Positions 21,957 to 32,263 of a stretch of DNA of 64,000 nt are shown here, piece by piece. Each line of letters begins with the position of its first letter. The stretch's first letter is position 1. The translations under genes and the position numbers were made by a program. The stretch comes from an uncultured Bacteroidota bacterium (GTDB lineage: Bacteria; Bacteroidota; Bacteroidia; Bacteroidales; JAAUTT01), in NCBI GenBank assembly GCA_963766305.1, contig CAVYAE010000066.1:42966-106965 (forward strand), written 5' to 3'. Under the pieces are notes generated by a model, which saw nothing but the letters and a program-made list of their open reading frames with translations, did not search any database and had not been told where the DNA came from.

Positions 21957-22538
21957 TTATAGGTAGAAAACGTAGAAAAACCCTTTCTTTGAAATAGGAA
22001 TTGACGTTCCTACTCCTTCAATTACGTAATAATATATACCGGCAGAAACCTGGTCACCTGATTCAAGTCTTCCATCCCAGGTAATATTTTGACCTTCCGT
22101 ACTTAATATCATTATACCGTACCTGGTAAATACCTTGAATGAAATTAATCCGTCACCACGATATATAATTTTCAATTCATTATGCGCAGCATTGCCATTT
22201 GGTGTAAATACATTTGGTACTTCCAGACAAGGTAATACTTTAACCGTCGTTACACCTGTAAGGCTGTTATTTATTTTCACTTTAACAGTATCAATTCCTC
22301 CGTTAAGATATTCTACCGTTGGTGAAATGCCGCTGTCATTAGGAGCAATGCCTGATCCAAAATTCCAGCGTACTGAAGTTATGTTTGCAGGCAGCGGGGT
22401 AACGGTAAATGATAAATTGAAAACACCGTGATCACACTTATTACTTACTGTATCAACGTTAATAGTGACATCCTGAGCAATTAAGGCTGAATTAATACCT
22501 ATAAAAAAAAATATAATCAACAATCCCGGATGCTTCAT
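21957..22538 (-). CDS. Small T9SS substrate: PKD-like domain plus type B (gliding-motility-associated) C-terminal domain
   Basis: Signal peptide (LIA-Q), WNFGSG PKD-like motif, VPNVFTPNG...FTRYG...WDG...GIYYYVI...KKG CTD. Confidence 0.8.
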   Translation of the reverse strand: MKHPGLLIIFFFIGINSALIAQDVTINVDTVSNKCDHGVFNLSFTVTPLPANITSVRWNFGSGIAPNDSGISPTVEYLNGGIDTVKVKINNSLTGVTTVKVLPCLEVPNVFTPNGNAAHNELKIIYRGDGLISFKVFTRYGIMILSTEGQNITWDGRLESGDQVSAGIYYYVIEGVGTSIPISKKGFFYVFYL

Positions 22539-22745
22539 TGCTATAATAATTCCCTCAAATATAAAACTTTGATGGTTTAAACATTAATTTTTTAACGATA
22601 ATTTTTTAACAATTTATTGAATTAATTGGCAACCATCTGATTTTTTTCAGTGTAATATATGATATTTGTTTAATAAATGATAGAAATATTAATTATTAAA
22701 AGGTTACTATGTAACGATCTTTTTTAAATAAAACCCCAAAACACT

Positions 22746-23318
22746 ATGTTTATTTTCCGGTCAAATTACTCTCATGTGCAATACACCAGTAAAACATTAA
22801 AAATCTTTACCCCTCTGTATCTTTATTTTATGTGCTTATTTATCTTTGAAGGTTGTATGACCTGCCATTTGCAGGTAGTTCCGGTTTCAGATACGGTTCC
22901 GGTAATGAAGGCTCAATTAGTCCAGTATCCATTTTCTTATGAACCAACAGTTAAAAATTTCACTTATTATTTAAAGCCTTGTTATAAATTAAAGGTATTT
23001 ACCTCTCCCAACAGACTTATTCCATCGAGAACTGACACTATTTTCAGGTTTTACAGGAACAAATCCGAGTTATTTATTTACAAAGCCTATGAACGGGAAA
23101 TTTTCATTGCCGGGAATATTTACGATAAAAGGATTATAATGAGAAACGGTATCAGAGTTGGAATAAGCCGGAAGGATTTTATTAAATGTTTTACGGATTT
23201 ACCGGTTGACAAGGAAGATACAATTCGTCTTACTTCCCGCAAGGCTTTAAATTCTATGTATTTTGTTTTCAGGAAGGATAAACTTAAAGCTATAAGAATT
23301 GACAATCATTTTAAATAG
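22746..23318 (+). CDS. Hypothetical basic protein, possible lipoprotein (start uncertain)
   Basis: 190-aa ORF filling the gap upstream of thyA; hydrophobic stretch followed by FEGC. Confidence 0.5.
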   Translation: MFIFRSNYSHVQYTSKTLKIFTPLYLYFMCLFIFEGCMTCHLQVVPVSDTVPVMKAQLVQYPFSYEPTVKNFTYYLKPCYKLKVFTSPNRLIPSRTDTIFRFYRNKSELFIYKAYEREIFIAGNIYDKRIIMRNGIRVGISRKDFIKCFTDLPVDKEDTIRLTSRKALNSMYFVFRKDKLKAIRIDNHFK

Positions 23319-23405
23319 GGACTTATCTTATTTTTATTAATAAAAATAAGTCGCAAAAATTTATTTAATTTACAGCTTGGTTAATAATGATAACTAATTA
23401 AATTC

Positions 23406-24200
23406 ATGAAGCAATATCTTGATTTACTTGACCATGTACTTGCAAGAGGTACAAAAAAACCTGATAGGACCGGTACAGGTACAATCAGTGTATTTGGATA
23501 CCAGATGAGGTTCGATTTATCAAAAGGATTTCCACTCTTAACTACAAAAAAACTTCATGTTAAATCGATTATACATGAATTAATATGGTTTATGCAAGGT
23601 TCCACCAATACTGCCTATCTTAAGCAAAATGGGGTTACCATTTGGGATGAGTGGGCTGATGAGGACGGCAACCTTGGTCCGGTATACGGATACCAGTGGA
23701 GATCGTGGCCTGCAGCTAACGGACAGCATATTGACCAGATCTCAAAAGTTATTGAATCCATTAAAAAAAATCCTGATTCACGAAGACATATTGTAAGTGC
23801 ATGGAATGTTTCTGATCTGGATAAAATGGCTCTGCCCCCTTGTCATCTTATATTTCAGTTTTATGTTGCAGATGGAAAATTATCATGCCAAATGTACCAG
23901 AGAAGTGCTGACGTATTTTTAGGTGTACCATTTAATATTGCATCTTATGCCTTTCTTTTACATATGGTTGCCCAGGCCACAAATCTGCAGCCCGGAGAAC
24001 TGATTCACACTTTGGGTGATGCACACATATACCTTAATCATGTAGAACAGGTTATACTCCAGTTGACCCGCGATCCTCGTCCTTTAGCCAAACTTAAACT
24101 AAATCCTGACAGACATTCGGTTTTTGATTTCAAATACGAAGATTTCGTAATTGAAAATTATAACCCACATCCGCATATAAAGGGGGAGATATCAATTTAA
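23406..24200 (+). CDS. thyA: Thymidylate synthase
   Basis: [37 protein letters not shown]. Confidence 0.97.
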   Translation: MKQYLDLLDHVLARGTKKPDRTGTGTISVFGYQMRFDLSKGFPLLTTKKLHVKSIIHELIWFMQGSTNTAYLKQNGVTIWDEWADEDGNLGPVYGYQWRSWPAANGQHIDQISKVIESIKKNPDSRRHIVSAWNVSDLDKMALPPCHLIFQFYVADGKLSCQMYQRSADVFLGVPFNIASYAFLLHMVAQATNLQPGELIHTLGDAHIYLNHVEQVILQLTRDPRPLAKLKLNPDRHSVFDFKYEDFVIENYNPHPHIKGEISI

Positions 24201-24694
24201 TGAAGCAGATATCCATAATAGTAGCTATTGATGAAAATTACGCAATAGGGAAGAATAATAAATTATTGTGGCATCTGCCTGAAGATTTAAAGCGCTTTAA
24301 AAAGATTACCGACGGTCATACCGTTATAATGGGTAAAAACACTTATTATTCGCTGCCGCACAGACCACTTCCCGGACGGATAAACATTGTACTTACTGAC
24401 CTGGGCGGAGAACAGATTGATAATTGTCTGATGGCTTATTCCATTGATGATGTTATTTGTAAATGTGATAATGACAAAGAAAATTTTATAATTGGAGGTG
24501 CCTCAGTTTACAAGCAATTTTTTTCATATGCCCAAAAACTTTATATAACCAAAGTACACTCATCATTTGAAGCTGATACCTGGTTCCCCGTAATTGACAG
24601 CTCAACATGGAAATTAATTGAATCGGAAGGACATCCGATTGATGAAAGGCACCCGTATTCGTATACTTTTGAGACCTATCAGAGAATAATATAA
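24200..24694 (+). CDS. folA: Dihydrofolate reductase
   Basis: AIGKNNKLLWHLPEDLKRFK, RPLPGRIN, IIGGA; TAATG stop/start overlap with thyA. Confidence 0.96.
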   Translation: MKQISIIVAIDENYAIGKNNKLLWHLPEDLKRFKKITDGHTVIMGKNTYYSLPHRPLPGRINIVLTDLGGEQIDNCLMAYSIDDVICKCDNDKENFIIGGASVYKQFFSYAQKLYITKVHSSFEADTWFPVIDSSTWKLIESEGHPIDERHPYSYTFETYQRII

Positions 24695-24750
24695 ATTTTT
24701 TTTGTAACTCAAAACTTATGTAAATATATGTTAACCAATCATATATAGAT

Positions 24751-26538
24751 ATGAAGAAGTTATTTTCCATTTTAATTATATCATTAATGATTTCATCCTG
24801 CGGAAAAAAAACCGTTTCAAAAAACGGGCTAACTGATATTTTAAATAATTATTATACAGAAAGCCTTGATTTAAATCCCATGTCAGCCACTTATTATGGA
24901 GATAAAGGGTATAATGGTTTACTGCGAAACAACCTAACCCAATCATTCAAACTGGAAGAAAAAGCTTTTTACACAAAATACCTTGATTTGCTAAAATCAT
25001 GTGATTCAAGTAATTTTTCAGAATTGGACAGGTTAAATTATGAAGTACTTAAATGGCAGTGCAATATAATGCTTGAAGGTTTAAAATTTCATCAGGAGCT
25101 TATGCCGGTTAGCCAGATAGCTGCTGATGATTGTACTACTTCCCTGCATATTACTATTGGACAGCTTGCAACTGGTACAGGAGCCCAGCCATTTAATACT
25201 GTTAAGGATTACTACGATTGGCTGTCGCGCCTGGATGGGTTTGTTGTATGGTGTGATACTGCTGTAGAAAATATGAAAACAGGCATTAAAAAAGGTTATG
25301 TACTTCCTCGGGTACTGGCTGAAAGAGTGATACCACAACTGGAAGAGTTGATTAAAGGCTCATATAGTGAGAACTTGTTTTATAAACCTCTGCTGTCTTT
25401 TCCTGCCAAATTTAGTGAGACTGAAAAAGTAAAACTGAAAAAAGCATATTCAGAAAAAATTCAGACCAAAATAATCCCTGTACTTACAAGGCTTTATTTG
25501 TTTTTTAAAAACGATTACCTTCCACATTGCAGGGAATCATCAGGAATAGCCGATTTGCCGGATGGCAAAGAATTTTATTCCTATCTAATAAAACTGCATA
25601 CTACTGCCACTCTCGGTGCCGATGAAATATTCGATCTTGGTAATAAAGAAGTTGAGAGAATTACAAAGGAAATGGAACATGTTAAGGAGCAGGCCGGATA
25701 TAATGGAAGCCTTATTTCTTTTTTCGATTTTGTAAGAAAAAACAAAAATCTAATGCCTTACAAGACACCTGAAGAAGTAATTGATCACTTCAAAAATATT
25801 CATGAAATAGTTGAATCGAATATTAAAAACCTGTTTGATTTTGTTCCGCGTACTCGTTTTGAAATAAGGCGGACGGAGGCTTTCCGGGAAAAATCGGCAT
25901 CCGCGGAATATATACCTGCCTCCCTGGACGGCAGTCGCCCCGGTATTTTTTATGTCCCTGTTCCGGATGCACCACAGTATAATATTTTTTATGATGAATC
26001 CCTTTTTTTGCACGAAGCCATTCCCGGCCATCATTTTCAGGGGTCAATTCAGCAGGAAGATACTACTCAGACAAAATTCCACAGGACTTTGTGGTACGAT
26101 GCCTACGGTGAAGGCTGGGCATTATATTCCGAATCACTGGGTAAGGACCTGGGTTTGTATAAAGATCCTTACCTGTACTTTGGAATGCTTAGTGAAGAGA
26201 TGCACCGTGCCATCCGTCTTGTAGTGGATGTAGGCATCCATAGTAAAGGATGGACCAGGGAACAGGCTATAAAATATTCACTTGAACATGAAGCAGAAAC
26301 TGAAAGTTCAATTACCGCCGAAATTGAAAGATATATGGCCTGGCCGGGGCAGGCCTTGTCATATAAGTTAGGGCAGCTAAAAATTACTGAACTGCGTGGC
26401 AAGACTCAACAAGTTTTGGGTGACAAGTTCGATATCCGCAAATTTCACCACCAAATACTTGAATCGGGTAACCTTCCATTGGTACTGCTTGAAAATAAAA
26501 TCAACAGGTGGATTGAACAAGAAAAAAAATCCAAATAA
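24751..26538 (+). CDS. DUF885-family lipoprotein (putative metallopeptidase)
   Basis: Lipobox ISSC; HEAIPGHH, EGWALYSE, RLVVDVGIH, PGQALSYKLG. Confidence 0.88.
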   Translation: MKKLFSILIISLMISSCGKKTVSKNGLTDILNNYYTESLDLNPMSATYYGDKGYNGLLRNNLTQSFKLEEKAFYTKYLDLLKSCDSSNFSELDRLNYEVLKWQCNIMLEGLKFHQELMPVSQIAADDCTTSLHITIGQLATGTGAQPFNTVKDYYDWLSRLDGFVVWCDTAVENMKTGIKKGYVLPRVLAERVIPQLEELIKGSYSENLFYKPLLSFPAKFSETEKVKLKKAYSEKIQTKIIPVLTRLYLFFKNDYLPHCRESSGIADLPDGKEFYSYLIKLHTTATLGADEIFDLGNKEVERITKEMEHVKEQAGYNGSLISFFDFVRKNKNLMPYKTPEEVIDHFKNIHEIVESNIKNLFDFVPRTRFEIRRTEAFREKSASAEYIPASLDGSRPGIFYVPVPDAPQYNIFYDESLFLHEAIPGHHFQGSIQQEDTTQTKFHRTLWYDAYGEGWALYSESLGKDLGLYKDPYLYFGMLSEEMHRAIRLVVDVGIHSKGWTREQAIKYSLEHEAETESSITAEIERYMAWPGQALSYKLGQLKITELRGKTQQVLGDKFDIRKFHHQILESGNLPLVLLENKINRWIEQEKKSK

Positions 26539-26649
26539 CTTGACTGGAGTTCATATTTGATTTAAATTGTTCATAATTGGATAAATATTAATGTTATTTA
26601 TAATATTGATATCCAGTTATTTTTCAATTTTAAACTAAAAGCTACACCT

Positions 26650-28827
26650 ATGAAATCTAAAGATTTAATTATCATTGTATTGTGTTTAGTTTTGATCAGT
26701 TGTCACAAAAAAGCTGAAGTTCAAAAGCCTCCTTTGGCAGAAGTAAAACCGGTAACAGAAACCTATTTTGGGAAGACTATTACAGATCCATACCGATATA
26801 TGGAAGATACAAAGGATTCAGCTGCTCTTAAATGGATTAAAGCCCAATCGGTATATGCCCGTAATACGTTGAACGGCATAACCGGGCGGCAGGGATTAAT
26901 TGATAAAATGGTTGAATTCGATAAACGTAAACCTGAAAGAAATTATAGCCTCTATATCACTGAAAACGATCATTATTTTTACTTAAAGCAAACACCAAAG
27001 GACGAAACCGGTAAGTTATATCACCGTATTGGCCTGAAAGGATCAGAAGAATTATTGTTTGATCCTCAAACCTACGGTACGGATACTACCCAAAAATATA
27101 CTATATCGGCTATGTATCCATCATTTGATGGCAAGCTTCTTGGATTGGAAGTTGCTGCAAATGGTTCTGAAAGTGCTGTACTTCAAATAATGGATGTTGC
27201 AGGAAAAAAAATCTATCCGGAGAAAATTGATCGTATTTGGGATGCTTCTGTTTCCTGGTTACCTGATGGAAAATCAATGCTTTATTTACGACTTCAAAAT
27301 GGAAACGTTCATGATCCGAACCATGAAAAAGATGCTAAAACTTACCTGCACGTGTTGGGTACTGACCCTTCAAAGGATAAAGAATTTTTTTCCAGGGCTA
27401 AAAACCCGGATTTAAAAATAAAGGAAGAGGAATTTCCTGTAGCTGTATATGATAAGGATAGTAAAAGTATATTCGGGCTGATAGCAACTGTGAACCGGAA
27501 CTTAAAAGTTTATATGGCTCCGTTATCTGAGTTAAACAAGGATCAGATTAATTGGAAATTAATAGTTAAAGAAAGTGACCAGGTGTATAATTTTGTTTCT
27601 ACAGAAAAAGATCTTTACTTATATACACCTAAAGGAGCTCCCAATTTCAAAATTTTAAAAACATCAATTGAAAACCCTGATGTATCAAAGGCTGAAACGG
27701 TAATTCCCGAATTTAAGGATGAATCGATTACCAATTTCAAGCTGAATAAGGAAGGTTTATACTATACGACTACAAAAAATGGTGTTGATGCCAAATTGTA
27801 TATGCTTCCATATCAAAGTAAAAACAGTATGTCCATTACATTGCCAAAACAGGCAGGAGAATTATATTTGGATACTAAAGGACTAAAATTCAGCGATATA
27901 TGGGTTTATGTTGTTGGTTGGACAAGTGATTACCTGCGATATAAATACAATGCAGGAACGAAAGAATTTAAGGAAGAAAATTTAAGCCCTCCGGCACAAT
28001 ATCCGGAATTTAATGATTTAACAGTTGAAGAAATCGAAATACCTGGCTGGGATGGGGAAAAAGTTCCGCTTTCTTTAATATACAATAAATCTTTAAAAAA
28101 AGATGGCTCTAATCCTGTTTTTATCTTTGGATATGGTGCATATGGGTATTCTCAGAACCCTTTCTTTTATCCCCCTCTGATGTTATGGACCACATACGGG
28201 GGAATATTGGCTATCGCCCATGTGAGAGGAGGTGCTGAAAAGGGTGATAGCTGGTATAAGGCCGGATATAAGACTACAAAACCCAATACCTGGAAAGACC
28301 TTATTTCGACTGCTGAATATCTGATTAGGGAAAAATACACAAGTAATCAAAAAATTGCTATCAATAGTGCCAGTGCAGGTGGTATATTAATTGGACGGGC
28401 AATGACTGAGCGGCCGGATTTATTTGCAGTTGCCATACCCGAGGTAGGATGTTTAAACCCCACAAGAATGGAATTTTCACCAAACGGTCCCATTAATGTA
28501 CCGGAATTCGGAACTATGAAAGATTCAGCAGAAGCAATGGCTCTTATTGAAATGGACTCATACCTTCATGTTAAAGATGGCGTCAGCTATCCGGCAACAT
28601 TAATAACCGCCGGGATGAACGATCCAAGGGTAATTTATTGGCAACCTGCTAAATTTGCTGCCAGACTTTTAGCAGCCAATAAATCGGACAAACCAATATT
28701 GTTTTTCACAAACTTTGAAGCCGGCCATGGCATGGGGAACACTAAAACAAAGCAATTTAGCAAAATGGCTGATGCATTGAGTTTTGCTTTATGGCAAACC
28801 GGTAACCCGGCATTTCAGTTAAAGTAA
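26650..28827 (+). CDS. Prolyl oligopeptidase (S9A), lipoprotein
   Basis: DPYRYME, YGYGAYG, VRGG, SASAGG nucleophile, NDPRV Asp, AGHG His; lipobox LISC. Confidence 0.9.
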   Translation: MKSKDLIIIVLCLVLISCHKKAEVQKPPLAEVKPVTETYFGKTITDPYRYMEDTKDSAALKWIKAQSVYARNTLNGITGRQGLIDKMVEFDKRKPERNYSLYITENDHYFYLKQTPKDETGKLYHRIGLKGSEELLFDPQTYGTDTTQKYTISAMYPSFDGKLLGLEVAANGSESAVLQIMDVAGKKIYPEKIDRIWDASVSWLPDGKSMLYLRLQNGNVHDPNHEKDAKTYLHVLGTDPSKDKEFFSRAKNPDLKIKEEEFPVAVYDKDSKSIFGLIATVNRNLKVYMAPLSELNKDQINWKLIVKESDQVYNFVSTEKDLYLYTPKGAPNFKILKTSIENPDVSKAETVIPEFKDESITNFKLNKEGLYYTTTKNGVDAKLYMLPYQSKNSMSITLPKQAGELYLDTKGLKFSDIWVYVVGWTSDYLRYKYNAGTKEFKEENLSPPAQYPEFNDLTVEEIEIPGWDGEKVPLSLIYNKSLKKDGSNPVFIFGYGAYGYSQNPFFYPPLMLWTTYGGILAIAHVRGGAEKGDSWYKAGYKTTKPNTWKDLISTAEYLIREKYTSNQKIAINSASAGGILIGRAMTERPDLFAVAIPEVGCLNPTRMEFSPNGPINVPEFGTMKDSAEAMALIEMDSYLHVKDGVSYPATLITAGMNDPRVIYWQPAKFAARLLAANKSDKPILFFTNFEAGHGMGNTKTKQFSKMADALSFALWQTGNPAFQLK

Positions 28828-28841
28828 TTCATAAAGTTAAT

Positions 28842-28872
28842 ACCTTCGGCAAACCTGAATTGCCGAAGGTTT
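28842..28872 (+). terminator. Terminator-like hairpin after the prolyl oligopeptidase gene
   Basis: 11-bp stem ACCTTCGGCAA/TTGCCGAAGGT with only a short T tail. Confidence 0.65.
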
Positions 28873-29094
28873 GAATTAACCAAACCAATAAATGATTTGA
28901 AAAATAGATAAGACCGGCCGGTATGTAAAAAATAAATATAAATTCTTTCCAAAATTATTAAATATCTCTTATCTTTAAAGTTAAAGCAATATACCCATTA
29001 ATTCATTCTCCTGTTATAAAATGGAAGAATCTAAACTATCTCTTTTGAAGTTCAGCTTTTATATCAGGTCTGTTAAATATTTATATCTGTCAAA

Positions 29095-30339
29095 ATGAAA
29101 CATTTTTTTCTTATCCCATCATTGCTACTTTTTTTAAATGGCGTCACCTTTTCCCAATCGGGCATGAAAAGTATCCGCGATTTTGGAGTTAAACCTGAGA
29201 ACAGCGCTTCGGAGAACAAAATAAACCTGCAAAAAGCTATCGACTGGGCCACATTAAGCGGTGCCGCCTTGTTTGTCGATCCGTCCGGTGAACCTTACCA
29301 TGTTGATGGAGGTATTATTCTTAAGAAAAATGTTTCCCTTATTGGTGTTAATGGTCCCACTCCCAGAGGAACATCGCATCCTTCCAAAAAACAACCGGTA
29401 GGAAGCGTATTTAAAATTACCGACAGGGATAATGTTTTCATTACAGTCGAGTCAGCTACCCAAATCAAAGGAATTCAATTCTGGTATTCCGAACAGACAA
29501 TTAATAACCCCAATGCCATAATCCCTTATCCTGCAACGATACAAACTTCAAAAACAAGTACTACCGAAGGTGTGTTTTTATCTTGCCTTACTTTTTACGG
29601 AGAATACCTGGCTATGGACTTTAATGCAGACCCTAAATATCCAAGCGAATTGATGGTTTTCGAGTATTGCTTCGGCTATCCCCTGAGTGGTGAGTTTATC
29701 AGGATTGATTATTGTTATGATATACCGCGTATTTTGCATTGCCATGTTAACCCGGCCATTCAACGTTTTATTGGAGGGCAAATTGCGGTACCGGTTGTCG
29801 ATGCTGTTATTGCTAAAAAAACATATGCTTATACAATAAACCATACAGATAATGCCCAGATAATGGACATATTTACTGCTTGCACATACGGTGGAATATT
29901 GCTTGGTGGCCAAACCTACGGTCAAATGACCAACTTTAATTTCGATTGTGTTGCCGTAGGAATACATAAATATGGTGAAAATACCAAAAACCGTAACTGG
30001 CAGATTGCACAAGGTTCAATAATTGCCAATTGCGGCGAAAAAATTGGAGATATCCATCCAATCATTGTTGAAGGAGAAGGCCACACCTCCCTGTGCAATG
30101 TTGAGTCTTTTTCGGGTCATAACGATGCCCTCACCTGTGTACCTGAAAATCAATCGTATGATTATTTGTTGGTTAAAGGTGACCAAAAGTTAACTATTTC
30201 ATTGATAGGCTGTCGCATGAGAACCTACATTTCAGATAATCCCCTTACAATTCAAAACAAATATGCAATTATTCAGGCATCCGCTTGTTTTGACAAATCC
30301 GATAACCCTTATAACCTTATAATTCCAAACCCCCATTAA
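29095..30339 (+). CDS. Secreted right-handed beta-helix protein (pectate-lyase-3/GH28-like N-terminus)
   Basis: Signal peptide (TFS-Q); SIRDFGV...NLQKAID...GAALFV...Y...I.LK.NVSLIG N-terminal pattern. Confidence 0.6.
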   Translation: MKHFFLIPSLLLFLNGVTFSQSGMKSIRDFGVKPENSASENKINLQKAIDWATLSGAALFVDPSGEPYHVDGGIILKKNVSLIGVNGPTPRGTSHPSKKQPVGSVFKITDRDNVFITVESATQIKGIQFWYSEQTINNPNAIIPYPATIQTSKTSTTEGVFLSCLTFYGEYLAMDFNADPKYPSELMVFEYCFGYPLSGEFIRIDYCYDIPRILHCHVNPAIQRFIGGQIAVPVVDAVIAKKTYAYTINHTDNAQIMDIFTACTYGGILLGGQTYGQMTNFNFDCVAVGIHKYGENTKNRNWQIAQGSIIANCGEKIGDIHPIIVEGEGHTSLCNVESFSGHNDALTCVPENQSYDYLLVKGDQKLTISLIGCRMRTYISDNPLTIQNKYAIIQASACFDKSDNPYNLIIPNPH

Positions 30340-30411
30340 CCAAAATTTTTTATTTTTATTGAAATACATCCTTTACAATTTTCAGAACTTTTCCCAATTA
30401 GTCATCCGTAA

Positions 30412-30513
30412 TCCGTCATCTGTAATTAGTAATCCAATTTGCACATCTGCATATTGTCACATTCTTTTCCATCTGTTTTCCGTCATCTGTAATCAGTAAT
30501 CCAATTTGTACAT
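30412..30513. repeat. 35-bp imperfect direct repeat built from degenerate 7/8-mers, between convergent genes
   Basis: TCCGTCATCTGTAATTAGTAATCCAATTTGCACAT (30412-30446) versus 30479-30513, two mismatches. Confidence 0.8.
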
Positions 30514-32222
30514 TATTTAATATCCCTGAGCCTCAGTTGCAGTTTGGTAATCCCCCTGTATGAATTCTCTTCTAAAGAATAGCAAATATCAAAAGGGTCC
30601 CCTTTTTTAATGTAGCTGAAATGTTCCGACATTTGAAATCCTATAGCCGGGTATGCCTGAAATGGATCCGACTCGCTAATGATTTCAAGCTTCAGATGTT
30701 CCGCTGCTGTACCAATTATTCTTCCATTTCCATTGTCAGCAACATTCCTGGTTAAAAATACAGGGACTGCGTTACCAGGTCCAAAAGGCTGAAACTGCTT
30801 TAATAAACGGTAAAATTTTGGCGTTATTTCCTTAAGTTCTATTTCATCATCAATTTCAATGCTTGGAGAAACCTGATCCCACCGTATACTTTTTGATACC
30901 ACTTCTTCAAATTTTTGTTTAAATGCCGGTACATTTTCTATTTTAAGCGTCAGCCCGGCAGCAAACATATGTCCACCAAAATTTTCGAGTAAGTTACTAC
31001 ATTCACTTATAGCCTTGTACAAATCAAAACCTTCCACGGAACGGGCCGATCCGGTAGCCATGCCGTTCGATTCAGTAAGTATAACTGTTGGTCTGTAATA
31101 GGTTTCAATTAACCTGGATGCAACAATACCAATTACACCTTTATGCCATTTGGGGTTAAACAAAACCAAGGAATTGGATTCCTTTAAATCCGGATCCGCG
31201 GCAATTAAATGCTGGGCTTCACTTGTAATATTACTATCTATATTTTTACGGGTATTGTTGTAATTATCTATATTCTCTACCAGTGACAAAGCCTGCTCCG
31301 CATCATCCGCTACAAGCAGTTCCACAGCTTTAATTCCGTTTTCTATCCTTCCGGCAGCATTAATACGAGGTCCTATTTTATAAACTATATCATCTATTAC
31401 TATTTCTTTATTTTCAAGTCCGGCTATTTTTATTATAGATTTTAAGCCCGGGCAGGGGGAAGTGGTAAGCTGTTTTAAACCAAAATATGCCAAAATTCTG
31501 TTTTCTCCGTTTATAGGCACTATGTCCGAGGCTATGCTCACTGCCACCAGATCGAGATAACATTCAAGGTAATCAGGTGAAATATTATTATTGGTACAAT
31601 AAGCCTGAAGCAGTTTAAAACCTACACCACAACCTGTAAGTTCTTTATACGGATATGAGCAATCGTTACGTTTCGGGTCCAGTACTGCAACGGCTGCCGG
31701 TAAAGTATCACCCGGGTAATGGTGATCGCATATTATAAAATCAATATTTTTATCATTTGCATATCTTATTTTGTCTGTTGCTTTAATGCCACAATCAAGC
31801 GCTATAATCAATTCAACCTTATTATTAAAAGCAAAGTCGATTCCTTTGAATGATATTCCATAACCTTCCGTGTCGCGGTTAGGGATATAATACAGTATTT
31901 CATTTGTAAATTTTTTCAGAAAGGAATAAACCATAGCAACTGATGTAGTACCATCCACATCATAATCACCGTAAACAAGTATTTTCTCACTGTTGAGAAT
32001 AGCGTTTTGAATCTTTTGCACTGCCCTGTCCATATCTTTCATAAGGAAAGGATCGTGAAGTAAAGAAATGTCGGGACGGAAAAAAGCTTTCGCCTCCTCA
32101 AAAGAATTAATGTCCCTTTGTACCAGCAAATTTGCAATCGGTTTTTCTACTCCAAGAACATCCATAAGTAGTTCAACAGTTGCAGTATTCCCCGGAGTTT
32201 TAATTTTCCAATTCTTATTCAT
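30513..32222 (-). CDS. recJ: ssDNA exonuclease RecJ
   Basis: YGDYDVDG, DCG, DHH, PRINAAGR, GSARS, GGHMFAAG. Confidence 0.96.
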   Translation of the reverse strand: MNKNWKIKTPGNTATVELLMDVLGVEKPIANLLVQRDINSFEEAKAFFRPDISLLHDPFLMKDMDRAVQKIQNAILNSEKILVYGDYDVDGTTSVAMVYSFLKKFTNEILYYIPNRDTEGYGISFKGIDFAFNNKVELIIALDCGIKATDKIRYANDKNIDFIICDHHYPGDTLPAAVAVLDPKRNDCSYPYKELTGCGVGFKLLQAYCTNNNISPDYLECYLDLVAVSIASDIVPINGENRILAYFGLKQLTTSPCPGLKSIIKIAGLENKEIVIDDIVYKIGPRINAAGRIENGIKAVELLVADDAEQALSLVENIDNYNNTRKNIDSNITSEAQHLIAADPDLKESNSLVLFNPKWHKGVIGIVASRLIETYYRPTVILTESNGMATGSARSVEGFDLYKAISECSNLLENFGGHMFAAGLTLKIENVPAFKQKFEEVVSKSIRWDQVSPSIEIDDEIELKEITPKFYRLLKQFQPFGPGNAVPVFLTRNVADNGNGRIIGTAAEHLKLEIISESDPFQAYPAIGFQMSEHFSYIKKGDPFDICYSLEENSYRGITKLQLRLRDIK

Positions 32223-32263
32223 ATGGCTATAAAAATAATCAGAATTGGTACAGGAAATTAAAA

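Noticed and set aside
26573-26620. Imperfect inverted repeat between the DUF885 and prolyl oligopeptidase genes
   Set aside because: Very AT-rich with bulges and no U-tract; too weak to call as a terminator or operator
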